This document shows positions 53,697 to 62,908 of a stretch of DNA of 64,000 bases, in pieces. Below the pieces are notes generated by a model. It was not told where the DNA came from and searched no databases. It saw only the letters and a list, made by a program, of their open reading frames with translations. Positions within the stretch are counted from its first letter, which is position 1; each line of letters begins with the position of its first letter. The position numbers were made by a program, and so were the translations under genes. This DNA comes from Thermoanaerobaculia bacterium (GTDB lineage: Bacteria > Acidobacteriota > Thermoanaerobaculia > Multivoradales > Multivoraceae), in assembly GCA_963664405.1 (NCBI GenBank), contig OY761158.1, forward strand, positions 1,632,001 to 1,696,000. The letters are read 5' to 3'.

Positions 53697-55360
53697 TTGA
53701 GGACCAGCCTGATCACCGATCCGTGGTGGTTCTCGATGTGCCGGGTCGGCCCGTTGGAGTTACAGGTCCACACATTGCCTTCCGCGTCGAACTCGATCTC
53801 GCGAGTGTAGGTCACACGCGTCGGCATCCGGTACTCGGTGAAGTCCTCTGTCTCCGGGTCGAATCGCAACATCGAATCGGTGCCAGTGCCGGTGATCCAG
53901 ATGTCTCCTGTCTTCGGGTGGATGTTGAGAGCGTAAGGAAAGGAGTTGGCCCCATGTGGCAGATCGTAGACCGTCCACTCTTCGAGCACAGGCTCGAAGG
54001 ACGCGATATTCCCGCTTGCCCAGCCTGGAACCCAGACGATGCCATCCGGCGCCACATGCAAACGACGCGGCCCGTGCACCGGGGGCTTCCACTCGACGAT
54101 CTGCTCGGGGCTGCCATCGGCAGCCTCGGGATCGACCCGACCGACGCGCTGGCCGTGCAGCTTCGAGTACCAGACCTTGTGGTCGGGAGCGATGTCGAGG
54201 CCGTAGGGGGTGACGCCCCGCGACTCGCCGCCGGCGCCGCCGCCGCGGACCTGATTGGCATCCGGCAGATCGTAGAACTTGACCTCGTAGGTCTCGGGAT
54301 CGAGCGAAAAGACTCCGAGCCCGGCATCGGTCCACCACACAATACCCGTCTCGTGATCGATGCGCAGAGTGTGTGGGTAGCCGGAGCGCTTGCGAGTCGG
54401 GTGCCCCGACACCACGGTGTACTCCTTGGTCTTGGGATCGAATTTGGCCATCTCGCCGGAGAGACACAGAGTCAGCCACATATCGCCGTTGGCGGCCATC
54501 TCGATCGAGTGGGGTCCCTTGATCGGCGAGCTGGTGTCGCCGAAGACTTTGCCGCCGGGGATGGAATAGGTCGCGCGCTCACCGGTATCGAGATCGAGCC
54601 GGAGGACTGCGTCGTTGCTTGAATCGACGGCGTAGACGCTGCCGTCCAGGCCGACCTCGAGATCGTGAATAAAAGAGTAGTCTTCGAGCCCCATCTGCCA
54701 CTCGGTGATCTCGACATCGAGAGCTGCACCCGAGGGTGCCGGCGGCGGCGTGTAGGTCGGCCAATCCTTCTCGGCATCTCTGCCGTAGGTCATCACCAGG
54801 CGATCCACCAAATTCTCCTGGGTGTGGGCATACAGACCCTTGAAGCCATCCATGCGGGTGATCATGACCTCCCAGTCCACCGGCTCTTCAGGTGAGCGAA
54901 AGCCCAGTGTTCCGAGTTGATGGCAGTAGGCGCACATCATCTTGAAGTTGAGCGCATCCGCTTCGTTGTCGAACTCGAGCAGATCGAGGAGATCATTGGC
55001 CGGGCGCTGCATGTTGAGATCCCGCGCTGGAGCCATCACCAGCTCGATCGAATCAAAAGGAGCCTCGGGCTCCACCATCGTGTCCTCGAGCCCGATCAGA
55101 CGCGCCCGCAGGTCATAGTCGCGGTCCGCCGGAAGCTCGTCGATGCGAAAGCTACCGTCTTCACGGCTGAAAACGGAGATGCTCCGCTCTTCGTCGCGGT
55201 CGAAAACGGTGACGATCGCGCCACGCACCGGCTTCGAGCTCTGGTCGACGACAGTGCCGGCGAACGAGACCGCGTCCGGTACGTCGACGGCATTCTTGGC
55301 CCAGGTGCCGAAGGCGAGGCAGACGAGAAGGAGAGCGAGAAGAAGCGGACTCTTACGCAT
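53693..55360 (-). CDS. Secreted protein: carboxypeptidase-regulatory-like domain, c-type heme motif and Vgb-like beta-propeller
   Basis: Signal peptide, PVRGAIVT, CAYCH, repeated GPHSI/YPHTL/PYGL/GPRRL/PYAL..DGxVW blades. Confidence 0.75.
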   Translation of the reverse strand: MRKSPLLLALLLVCLAFGTWAKNAVDVPDAVSFAGTVVDQSSKPVRGAIVTVFDRDEERSISVFSREDGSFRIDELPADRDYDLRARLIGLEDTMVEPEAPFDSIELVMAPARDLNMQRPANDLLDLLEFDNEADALNFKMMCAYCHQLGTLGFRSPEEPVDWEVMITRMDGFKGLYAHTQENLVDRLVMTYGRDAEKDWPTYTPPPAPSGAALDVEITEWQMGLEDYSFIHDLEVGLDGSVYAVDSSNDAVLRLDLDTGERATYSIPGGKVFGDTSSPIKGPHSIEMAANGDMWLTLCLSGEMAKFDPKTKEYTVVSGHPTRKRSGYPHTLRIDHETGIVWWTDAGLGVFSLDPETYEVKFYDLPDANQVRGGGAGGESRGVTPYGLDIAPDHKVWYSKLHGQRVGRVDPEAADGSPEQIVEWKPPVHGPRRLHVAPDGIVWVPGWASGNIASFEPVLEEWTVYDLPHGANSFPYALNIHPKTGDIWITGTGTDSMLRFDPETEDFTEYRMPTRVTYTREIEFDAEGNVWTCNSNGPTRHIENHHGSVIRLVLN

Positions 55361-55524
55361 GACGGAACCTTCCCTTGCACGAGGAGGAATGTAGGAACGC
55401 AAGCATTATAACGGGTGCTGAAGTCCTGCGTGCTACTCGATCCTCCTCTACCGCCTGACGGAGGAGGACGTCGCCGCCGCGCTCGACTGAGTATAGAATG
55501 CCTCCCGACTTCGGGAGGTGCTCA

Positions 55525-57045
55525 ATGAGGGTGGAGAGGGTGGTTTTGCTTCCGCTCGCCGTGCTCGCCGCGTCGTGCGCCGACCCGGCGTCCGACTCCC
55601 GATCGGTCGCGCCGGCCTCGAGCTCCACGGCCCTCCGGGAAGCCAGGGGCGAAGATGCTCGCAACCTCGGCACCGGCGGCTTCGCCAAGACGCTCTGCTC
55701 GATGCTCTTCATCAGCGAGCACCCCGACGACTTCGCCGAGGCGCATGCGATGCGCGTCGCGACGCACTTGATGAAGCTGCCCGCGGCGGACGCGTCTGAG
55801 CTGACCTACGAGGTGGATCGGAGCGAGCGCCTCGTTCGCGCATCGCTGGGAGACGCGATCACTCGTGTCGCCAAGCGCTACGGGGACCAGGGCTGTGTTC
55901 TTCATCCGGACGACCACGACGGTATCCATTTCGTGCCCGTGCCGGTCGAAACGACGCTTCCGGATCGAGACCGAACACCGTGGCCGATGGGGGACGTCCT
56001 CCCGGACGACCCGCTCCCACCCGAGGTGGACGAGGTAAAGCTCGAAGCGGCGATCGCCCTCGCATTCCAGCCGCCCTCTCCGGTCTCCGCGTTGGTCGTG
56101 CTCTATCGCGGTCGGCTCGTCGGCGAGCGCTACGCGGAGGGCATCACGAAGGACACGCTTCTTGAGAACTGGTCGATGGGGAAGAGCTTGACCGCGACAC
56201 TCGCGGCTCGGGTCATGCATCGAGACGGCGACCTCGGCCTCGACGATCCCGCTCCCGTCCCCGCGTGGCGCGTGCCCGGGGACCCACGCGGCGCCATCAC
56301 GATGGCACACCTGTTTCGGATGTCGAGCGGACTCCAGTTCTCGCTCTTCGAGGTCCTCGAACGTGGCGCCGACGGGCTCTATCACGTAACGGGGGACTAC
56401 CCCGACCACTACTACGTGTATTCCGGTGCGATCGACGTGTTCCGCTATGTGACGAGCCGGCCGCTCCAGTACGAGCCTGGCACGGTGGGCCGGTATCGCA
56501 ATACCGATCCGTTGACGCTCGGCTTCATCGTGAAGCAGCGCGCCGAAGCCCGCGGCGAGGAGTACTTGACCTTTCCACAGCGGGAATTATTCGACGCGAT
56601 CGGAATCCGGGAGCTCGTTCTCGAGACCGATCCGTACGGCAACTTCGTTTCCTCGGGCTTCGAGCTCGGCCGAGCGCGCGACTGGGCGCGGTTGGGCCAG
56701 CTCTACTTGCAAGACGGCGTGTGGAACGACGAGCGTCTCCTGCCGGAGGGTTTCGTCGACTTCGTGCGCACTCCCGCCCCCGCGTGGGAGAACGAGGAGA
56801 ACGAGAAGAGCGTGCCGCGATACGGCGGCATGTGGTGGCTCAACACGACCGGCGAATGGAGCGCACCGGAGGATGCCTACTACGCGGCTGGAGCCGGCGG
56901 CCAGAACACGATCGTCATCCCGTCGCGGGAGATCGTCGTCGTGCGCCTGACCGACTACGAAGTGTCCGGCTCTTCGGCCGTCGGGAAGACACGCACCGAT
57001 ACGGCGCTCGCCGCGATCCTTAGCGCGATTGGCGAGCCTTCGTAG
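55525..57045 (+). CDS. Serine hydrolase (beta-lactamase class C/NylB-like) lipoprotein
   Basis: GGAGG SD, LAASC lipobox, WSMGKS (SxxK), YRN, ARDWARLGQLYL, AGAGGQ. Confidence 0.88.
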   Translation: MRVERVVLLPLAVLAASCADPASDSRSVAPASSSTALREARGEDARNLGTGGFAKTLCSMLFISEHPDDFAEAHAMRVATHLMKLPAADASELTYEVDRSERLVRASLGDAITRVAKRYGDQGCVLHPDDHDGIHFVPVPVETTLPDRDRTPWPMGDVLPDDPLPPEVDEVKLEAAIALAFQPPSPVSALVVLYRGRLVGERYAEGITKDTLLENWSMGKSLTATLAARVMHRDGDLGLDDPAPVPAWRVPGDPRGAITMAHLFRMSSGLQFSLFEVLERGADGLYHVTGDYPDHYYVYSGAIDVFRYVTSRPLQYEPGTVGRYRNTDPLTLGFIVKQRAEARGEEYLTFPQRELFDAIGIRELVLETDPYGNFVSSGFELGRARDWARLGQLYLQDGVWNDERLLPEGFVDFVRTPAPAWENEENEKSVPRYGGMWWLNTTGEWSAPEDAYYAAGAGGQNTIVIPSREIVVVRLTDYEVSGSSAVGKTRTDTALAAILSAIGEPS

Positions 57046-57086
57046 GCGAGAGCGCTAAGGGCGTTCCCCCGTCAGGACCGCCCGCT

Positions 57087-58112
57087 TTACCTCGAGCGCG
57101 CCGACGCCGCCTCCTCCGCCCGCGCTCCAGCGAGGATCCCCTCCATGGCGTAGTTGCCCTCGTGACAGGCGAACTCGAAGATATCGTCGGGCGACTTCTT
57201 GAGCGGGATCATCACGGTCCATGGCGCCGTCCACGTCTGCGGATCGTCGAGCGTGACCACGTACTCCAGAGTGTCGGGCCCCACCCGAGTCAGCCGTTCC
57301 ACGAGCTGTAGGTTGCCGGTCGCTCCCCGATAGCCACCAGCGTCCGAGAAGCCGCGGGTCTCGATGACCAGAGTCTCGCCTTCCCAGTAACCCCTCGAGT
57401 CTCCGTGCCAAAGCCGGAAGTCCTCCGCCAGGTGGGGCCTGCCGTCGATCGGGATGACGCGGGCGGCGTGGATCATCTCCATGACCAGGACGACGTGGTC
57501 CTCGCTCTGGACGATTTGGCTGTAGCTGTTGTAGGCGGCCATGAGGCGGGGCACGCCGAAGGAGATGCAGCGCTCGGGGAGGCTGCGATCCTCCGGACCC
57601 GCTGCCGGTCGCTCCCTGGACGCACCGTACGCGGCGGCACGTTTCTCGCCTTCGTCCGTCAGGGCGGGCAGGCGGCCGTTCGGAGGGTCGACGATCAGCG
57701 ACGTACGATTGTCCCAGTCGCGCTCGGCGACCCAGAACTGGTTGTAGTTGCCGGTGCCGGCGTGGGTCGACGTGAACGACTCTGCCTCGTTCAGAGCGGC
57801 GTTGAAGACGCTGTCGCCAAACCCGGCATCGTCACTATCGAGAGCGAAGAGCGACTCCGCCCTCTGCTTCATCGAGGCCAGCTCGGCGTCGGTGAGAGTC
57901 TCCCGACCGGCTAAGGCCTCGGGCCGCTCGAGCGGTGTGACGTTGTTGTTGGCCCAGACCCCCTGGAGATCGGGCTGACCGAACACGTTGCGCGGCGCCT
58001 TCCAGCCGCTGTCGGCGGCCGCCCCGGCTGCGGCGACGGCCGGCACGACAGCAACGATTCCCAGGAGTGTCAGGGCGAATGACCACGGCCCCTCAAAATT
58101 CTTTAAAGTCAT
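57087..58112 (-). CDS. Uncharacterised secreted 'ACHEGN-family' protein, copy 5
   Basis: Signal peptide, GQPDLQG, GNYNQFW, ERC, GDSRGYWEGETLVI, FEFACHEGNYAM. Confidence 0.88.
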   Translation of the reverse strand: MTLKNFEGPWSFALTLLGIVAVVPAVAAAGAAADSGWKAPRNVFGQPDLQGVWANNNVTPLERPEALAGRETLTDAELASMKQRAESLFALDSDDAGFGDSVFNAALNEAESFTSTHAGTGNYNQFWVAERDWDNRTSLIVDPPNGRLPALTDEGEKRAAAYGASRERPAAGPEDRSLPERCISFGVPRLMAAYNSYSQIVQSEDHVVLVMEMIHAARVIPIDGRPHLAEDFRLWHGDSRGYWEGETLVIETRGFSDAGGYRGATGNLQLVERLTRVGPDTLEYVVTLDDPQTWTAPWTVMIPLKKSPDDIFEFACHEGNYAMEGILAGARAEEAASARSR

Positions 58113-58198
58113 ACGATTAACGACGTTACAGTATCAAGACCGAAGGGCTTTGTCGCCGTGTAGAATGGCGTCGAAACGACACTACGGAGGAGTGGGCC

Positions 58199-59371
58199 AT
58201 GAGCCAAGGAGGGCGCTTCAACGCCATTGCGCTCGAACGTGTGGTATTCGGTCGCCCGGCCGCCGAGGTCGTGCCCGGAGAGCTCGAGCGGCTGGGCCGC
58301 TCGCGGGCCTGCCTGCTGGTGAGCGACAGCTTGCGGACGGGCACCTCCGTGGTCTCGGATTTAGAGGAGGCGCTGGGAGGCGCGGCAGTGGGGACCTACT
58401 CCGGGATGCCGCCGCACACCCCCCGCGAGGCAGTGATCGAATGTGCGGCGCTTGCCCGCGAAAGCAGAGCCGACATCATCGTCACTTTAGGAGGAGGATC
58501 GCTTACTGATGCCGGCAAGGTGGTTCAGCTTTGCCTGGAACATGACGTCACCGCGCCCGAGGGGCTCGAGAAATTCATCACCCGTACCGGGGCGGACGGC
58601 AGCGTGGAGAGCCCCTCGATCCGGGCGCCGCGGGTGCGGCAGCTCACCTTACCGACCACGCTCTCCGGGGGGGAGTTCGGAACCGTTGCAGGCTGCACCG
58701 ACAGCGTGCGGCAGAGAAAGCAAACGGTCCGGCACCCGTTGTTCGTGCCGCAGGTCGTGGTGCTCGACCCGGCGCTGACCTTGCACACGCCCGAGTGGTT
58801 GTGGCTCTCGACAGGTATTCGCGCGGTCGACCATGCAGTGGAGGCACTGTGCTCGCCGCGCGCGACCGCGCACTCCGACGGGTCCGCCCTGCATGCGCTG
58901 CGTCTGCTCGGCGCGGGCTTGCCGCGTTCCAAGGCGGACCCCGCAGACCTCGATGCCCGGCTGGATTGTCAGCTCGGGGTATGGGCCTCGATGGCGCCCA
59001 ACCAGGATGGCATCCCGATGGGCGCGAGCCACGGGATCGGTCATGTCCTCGGCGGCACCTGCGGGGTGCCTCACGGGCACACGTCGTGCGTCATGCTGCC
59101 CGCGGTCCTCGAGTGGAACGCCGAGGCGAATCCCCAGGCGCAAGCGCGGGTGAGCGAAGCACTGGGGCGCCCGGGCGAGCCCGCGTCGCAGGTGGTGGGC
59201 GAGCTCGTGCGAGAGCTCGGTCTGCCCCGGAGCTTGACCGAGGTTGGCGTCTCGAGGGAGCAGTTCGACCTGGTGGCGAGGAACGCGATGCACGATCGAT
59301 TCATTCACACCAATCCTCGGGCGATCCACGGTCCCGAGGACGTTCTCGAAATTCTCGAACTTGCCGCTTGA
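58199..59371 (+). CDS. Iron-containing alcohol dehydrogenase (maleylacetate-reductase-like)
   Basis: LGGGSLTDAGK, PTTLSGGE, LDP, AVDHAVE, SHGIGHVLGG..VPHG. Confidence 0.9.
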   Translation: MSQGGRFNAIALERVVFGRPAAEVVPGELERLGRSRACLLVSDSLRTGTSVVSDLEEALGGAAVGTYSGMPPHTPREAVIECAALARESRADIIVTLGGGSLTDAGKVVQLCLEHDVTAPEGLEKFITRTGADGSVESPSIRAPRVRQLTLPTTLSGGEFGTVAGCTDSVRQRKQTVRHPLFVPQVVVLDPALTLHTPEWLWLSTGIRAVDHAVEALCSPRATAHSDGSALHALRLLGAGLPRSKADPADLDARLDCQLGVWASMAPNQDGIPMGASHGIGHVLGGTCGVPHGHTSCVMLPAVLEWNAEANPQAQARVSEALGRPGEPASQVVGELVRELGLPRSLTEVGVSREQFDLVARNAMHDRFIHTNPRAIHGPEDVLEILELAA

Positions 59372-59469
59372 GGTTGACGAGGGGCTCCTCGGCTCGGAAG
59401 AGGCGCTCCACCCTAATGTGGGGGCCAGCGCTCCGCGCCGATGATGAGACGCTCGGACTGAGTCAGCTC

Positions 59470-59605
59470 CTAGGGCCGGGCGTCCAGGGCACCCCACCTC
59501 ACCGCTTGCTCGTCGCTCGGCTCCTCCGACGTACGCCAAAGTACGCCTGCGTCACCTCGCTCCTGCGCAGCGGCGATCTGGGGCACCCTGAACGCCCGGC
59601 ACGAG
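59470..59605. repeat. Degenerate palindromic MITE-like element (family-1-related core)
   Basis: IR GCCGGGCGTCCAGGGCACCCCA / TGGGGCACCCTGAACGCCCGGC, starting at CTAG; core CTCCTCCGAC..GCCTGCGTC. Confidence 0.55.
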
Positions 59606-59828
59606 TTCACTTCGATAGAAACTTGATTCATACGGCACGAATGTGAGCTATTGGAGATACCCAGTGAACACTGCCCAGAAATACCTCGAAAATCTGCGCA
59701 TTCCGTGGGTCCGCCTGCGCCTACCGGGTATGACTCACTGAAGCCTTATATGCAGCGGTGTTCACTGTACTATCCAGTGTAGGAGGCGTCTCCAGACGCC
59801 AATGTCTTCGTCTGCGAAAGGAAACCAT

Positions 59829-60605
59829 ATGCGTTTGCAGGATAAAGTCGCCGTCGTCACTGGCGGCGGACGCGGGATTGGCCGGGCGATTGCCCTGGCT
59901 TTGGCACGAGAAGGGGCCGATGTGGTCGTGACCGCGCGCACCACGAGCGAGATCGAGGGGGTCGCCGCAGAGGTCAAAGCCCTGGGCCGTACCGGCCTTG
60001 CGCTCCCGGTGGACCTCAGTCAGCGTGAGGCCATTCAGCCCTGTGTGCAAGAGATCTTCTCGCGCTTTCCCACCGTAGATATTTTGGTGAACAACGCCGC
60101 CATTGGGGGAATGCAAGACCCCAAACTGCTCACCGAGTACGATGACGACTTTTGGGACATGAGCCTCCTGGTGAATCTCACAGTACCTTATCTGCTCACG
60201 AAGGCTTTTCTGCCCGCGATGATTGCGCAGGGGTGGGGACGGATTATCAATATCTCGTCGGGCTCCGGGAAGCGGGGGGCGGTGCACCGGGCAGCCTATA
60301 GCGCCAGCAAACATGGATTGCTTGGTCTCACCCAAACCGCCGCCCTGGAAGTCGCGACCACCGGGGTCACGGTCAATGCGATCTGTCCCGGCCCTATCCG
60401 CACGGTGATGCTCACCCGGCTCCTCCAGCACCGAGCCGAGAGCCAGGGGCAAACGCTCGCCGAGGTGGAAAAGTCGACCAATCCGATGCAGCGACTTTTG
60501 GAGCCGGAAGAGATTGCTGATCTGGCCGTCTACCTGGCGTCCGATGCTGCGCACGGCATTACGGGTCAGTCGTTGAACGTCAATGGCGGCTCCGTTATGC
60601 ATTAG
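59829..60605 (+). CDS. Short-chain dehydrogenase/reductase (3-hydroxybutyrate-DH/FabG-like)
   Basis: TGGGRGIG, NNAA, YSASK, NAICPG. Confidence 0.92.
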   Translation: MRLQDKVAVVTGGGRGIGRAIALALAREGADVVVTARTTSEIEGVAAEVKALGRTGLALPVDLSQREAIQPCVQEIFSRFPTVDILVNNAAIGGMQDPKLLTEYDDDFWDMSLLVNLTVPYLLTKAFLPAMIAQGWGRIINISSGSGKRGAVHRAAYSASKHGLLGLTQTAALEVATTGVTVNAICPGPIRTVMLTRLLQHRAESQGQTLAEVEKSTNPMQRLLEPEEIADLAVYLASDAAHGITGQSLNVNGGSVMH

Positions 60606-60725
60606 CATGGACCTCATCGGTCGAATACCCCAGCTCGCACAACATCTCTTTCGTGTGCTCGCCATCGGGCAGCGGGTGCCGGCGAACGCTGGCCGGGCGA
60701 TAGAAGAAAGTCCGAAGGAGAAGAG

Positions 60726-61610
60726 ATGACGATCGACATCCGAGACCCACGCTTTCTGGACATCGTCGACGAGGGCCTGGAGCTCGAGACCCTGGCCGAC
60801 GGCTTTCGCTTCACCGAGGGACCGATCTGGCATCCACGAGAAAAGCACCTCATCTTCAGCGACATTCCGTCCAATCGAACGCACCGCTGGAGCGAGAGTG
60901 AAGGCCTCTCCGTCCATCGCGAGCCGAGCGAGCGCGCCAACGGCAACACCTACGACCGCCAGGGAAGGATCCTCTCCTGCGAGCATGCCACCTCCCGAGT
61001 CACTCGAGAAGAGGCCGACGGCTCACGAACGATCCTCGCCTCCCACTATCAGGGCAAGGAGCTCAACAGCCCCAACGACATCGTGGTCCGAGAGAACGGT
61101 GACATCTTCTTCACCGACCCGACCTACGGCCGGAACACCAGGGTCGAGCGGGAGCCCGAGCTCGATTTCCAAGGTGTCTACAAGATCGACGGTGCGAATG
61201 GGGACCTGACGCTACTGCGGAGCGATTTCGAGCAACCGAACGGGCTCGCCTTCACCGTCGATCATCGCGAGCTCTACGTCGCCGACTCGCCGCGCATGCA
61301 CATCCGAAAGTTCCAGGTCGCCGACGACAGCTCACTCTCCGGCGGCGAGGTCTTCGCTGAATCGACCGGTGAGGGTACCGGCGTGCCTGACGGTCTCAAG
61401 GTGGCCTCGACCGGGCACGTTTTCTGTGCCGGTCCGGGAGGTGTCCACGTCTACGAGCCAGATGACGGCATCTGTCTCGGCGTCATCCGCACCCCCGCCT
61501 TCTGCGCCAACTTCACCTGGGGCGGGGACGATCTGCTGACCTTCTTTCTGACCTCCTCGCAGCATCTCTACCGTACACGGGTGAAGGTAGCCGGCATCCC
61601 TCTGTTCTGA
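60726..61610 (+). CDS. SMP-30/gluconolactonase family protein
   Basis: FTEGPIW, ANGN, LNSPND, PNGLAF, PDGLKV. Confidence 0.92.
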   Translation: MTIDIRDPRFLDIVDEGLELETLADGFRFTEGPIWHPREKHLIFSDIPSNRTHRWSESEGLSVHREPSERANGNTYDRQGRILSCEHATSRVTREEADGSRTILASHYQGKELNSPNDIVVRENGDIFFTDPTYGRNTRVEREPELDFQGVYKIDGANGDLTLLRSDFEQPNGLAFTVDHRELYVADSPRMHIRKFQVADDSSLSGGEVFAESTGEGTGVPDGLKVASTGHVFCAGPGGVHVYEPDDGICLGVIRTPAFCANFTWGGDDLLTFFLTSSQHLYRTRVKVAGIPLF

Positions 61611-61623
61611 CCTGCGAGTGGGA

Positions 61624-62775
61624 TCAGAGTGTAATGTCCCTTTGCCAGTACTCATCCCCCTCCCGGCTGATCTCCGCGCGGGCCTGCTCGTTCCACACGT
61701 CCCCGCCGATGAAACTGCCCTTGTATACGTAGGGCACTTCGTCCGGGTAGTGCTGCCGGCGGGCATCGATCGCGAGCGGGATCATGCGGGCTCGGCGAAG
61801 CACGTACTCCTCGGAGTATTTGATCCGCTTGCCTTCGCCTCCGGGCCGCTTGAAAGCGTGGACATTCGTCGTTTCCGCGCCGATGGCGGAGCTGCGCCTG
61901 TGGAAGCCGAGAACCATGGTGATTCTCCGCTCGGAGGACCGGTTGGCATAGGAGCCGTGAAGGGAGCTTCGGTTGACCAGGCCGCAGTCGCCGGGAGCCA
62001 GCAGCATCGGCACCGCGTCGGGCACCTGCTCGCCGACTGGGGGGAACGCGCCGCCGTTGGCCAGGCACCAGCGTCGTTGACTTCCCGGGACCACCCAGAG
62101 GCAGTTCTCCGGAGTGCAGTGAGTCCACGACACGGATAGGTTGAAGCCGTGTGACTTACCCGATCCGTCCGGGCGCTCTAGGCACAGCCCGTCCTCCGTC
62201 CAGTGGGTCCTTCCGTCCTGGTGCCAAGGCGTCGGTAGACCCTCACCCGCCCCCTTGTGGAACACGCCCTCGTGAAAGGGGACGAAGTCCGGCCCGTGGA
62301 TGCTCTCGACCATCTGCAGAATCTGCGGGTGCCCGTACACTCGCAGAGCGGAGTCCATGATCATCAGCGTATGCGACACCAATCCGACGACGGCCGGAGC
62401 ATCGTCCTCGGTCGCGCTCTCTTCAGTGCCGGGTGGTCGAGATGACTTCTCCGAAGCCAGCGTGTAGTACCCCGGAAACTTCACCGGCCGCCCGTGCTTG
62501 TCGACCTTGCTGTCCTTGGATACCGGAGCGTTATCCAGAACCTGGTCGAACTCGGCGCTCAGCTCGCCAACTTCTTGCTTTGAAATCACACCGGTGAAGA
62601 CGTAGAAACCGTTGCGGTTGTAGGCGTCGAGGATGTCCTGCGCGAGTCGGCCGTTGTCGTCGAAACGCATCGGTCCACGGTTGCCGAGCTGCATGGCGCG
62701 CTCGCGGCCCGCCTCGCAGTACTCCTTCCACGTCAATGGCGCGAGCGGAGGCGCCGCTGCCTGCAGGCTTGTCAT
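61624..62775 (-). CDS. Phytanoyl-CoA dioxygenase (PhyH) family Fe/2-oxoglutarate dioxygenase
   Basis: FHKG..TPWHQDG, LWVVPGS, LHGSYAN.S.ERR; GGGAGG SD before ATG 62775. Confidence 0.85.
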   Translation of the reverse strand: MTSLQAAAPPLAPLTWKEYCEAGRERAMQLGNRGPMRFDDNGRLAQDILDAYNRNGFYVFTGVISKQEVGELSAEFDQVLDNAPVSKDSKVDKHGRPVKFPGYYTLASEKSSRPPGTEESATEDDAPAVVGLVSHTLMIMDSALRVYGHPQILQMVESIHGPDFVPFHEGVFHKGAGEGLPTPWHQDGRTHWTEDGLCLERPDGSGKSHGFNLSVSWTHCTPENCLWVVPGSQRRWCLANGGAFPPVGEQVPDAVPMLLAPGDCGLVNRSSLHGSYANRSSERRITMVLGFHRRSSAIGAETTNVHAFKRPGGEGKRIKYSEEYVLRRARMIPLAIDARRQHYPDEVPYVYKGSFIGGDVWNEQARAEISREGDEYWQRDITL

Positions 62776-62908
62776 GTCGAACCCTCCCGGCGCGATGACA
62801 GTATCACTCACGATGGAAGGAGTTTCTGTCGCCGGCCGCTCTTCGGCGGCCCCGCGTGTAGGATGGCTGTTCCTAGGTAGTTGACGGTCTCGGTGAGCGG
62901 GAGGCTTC

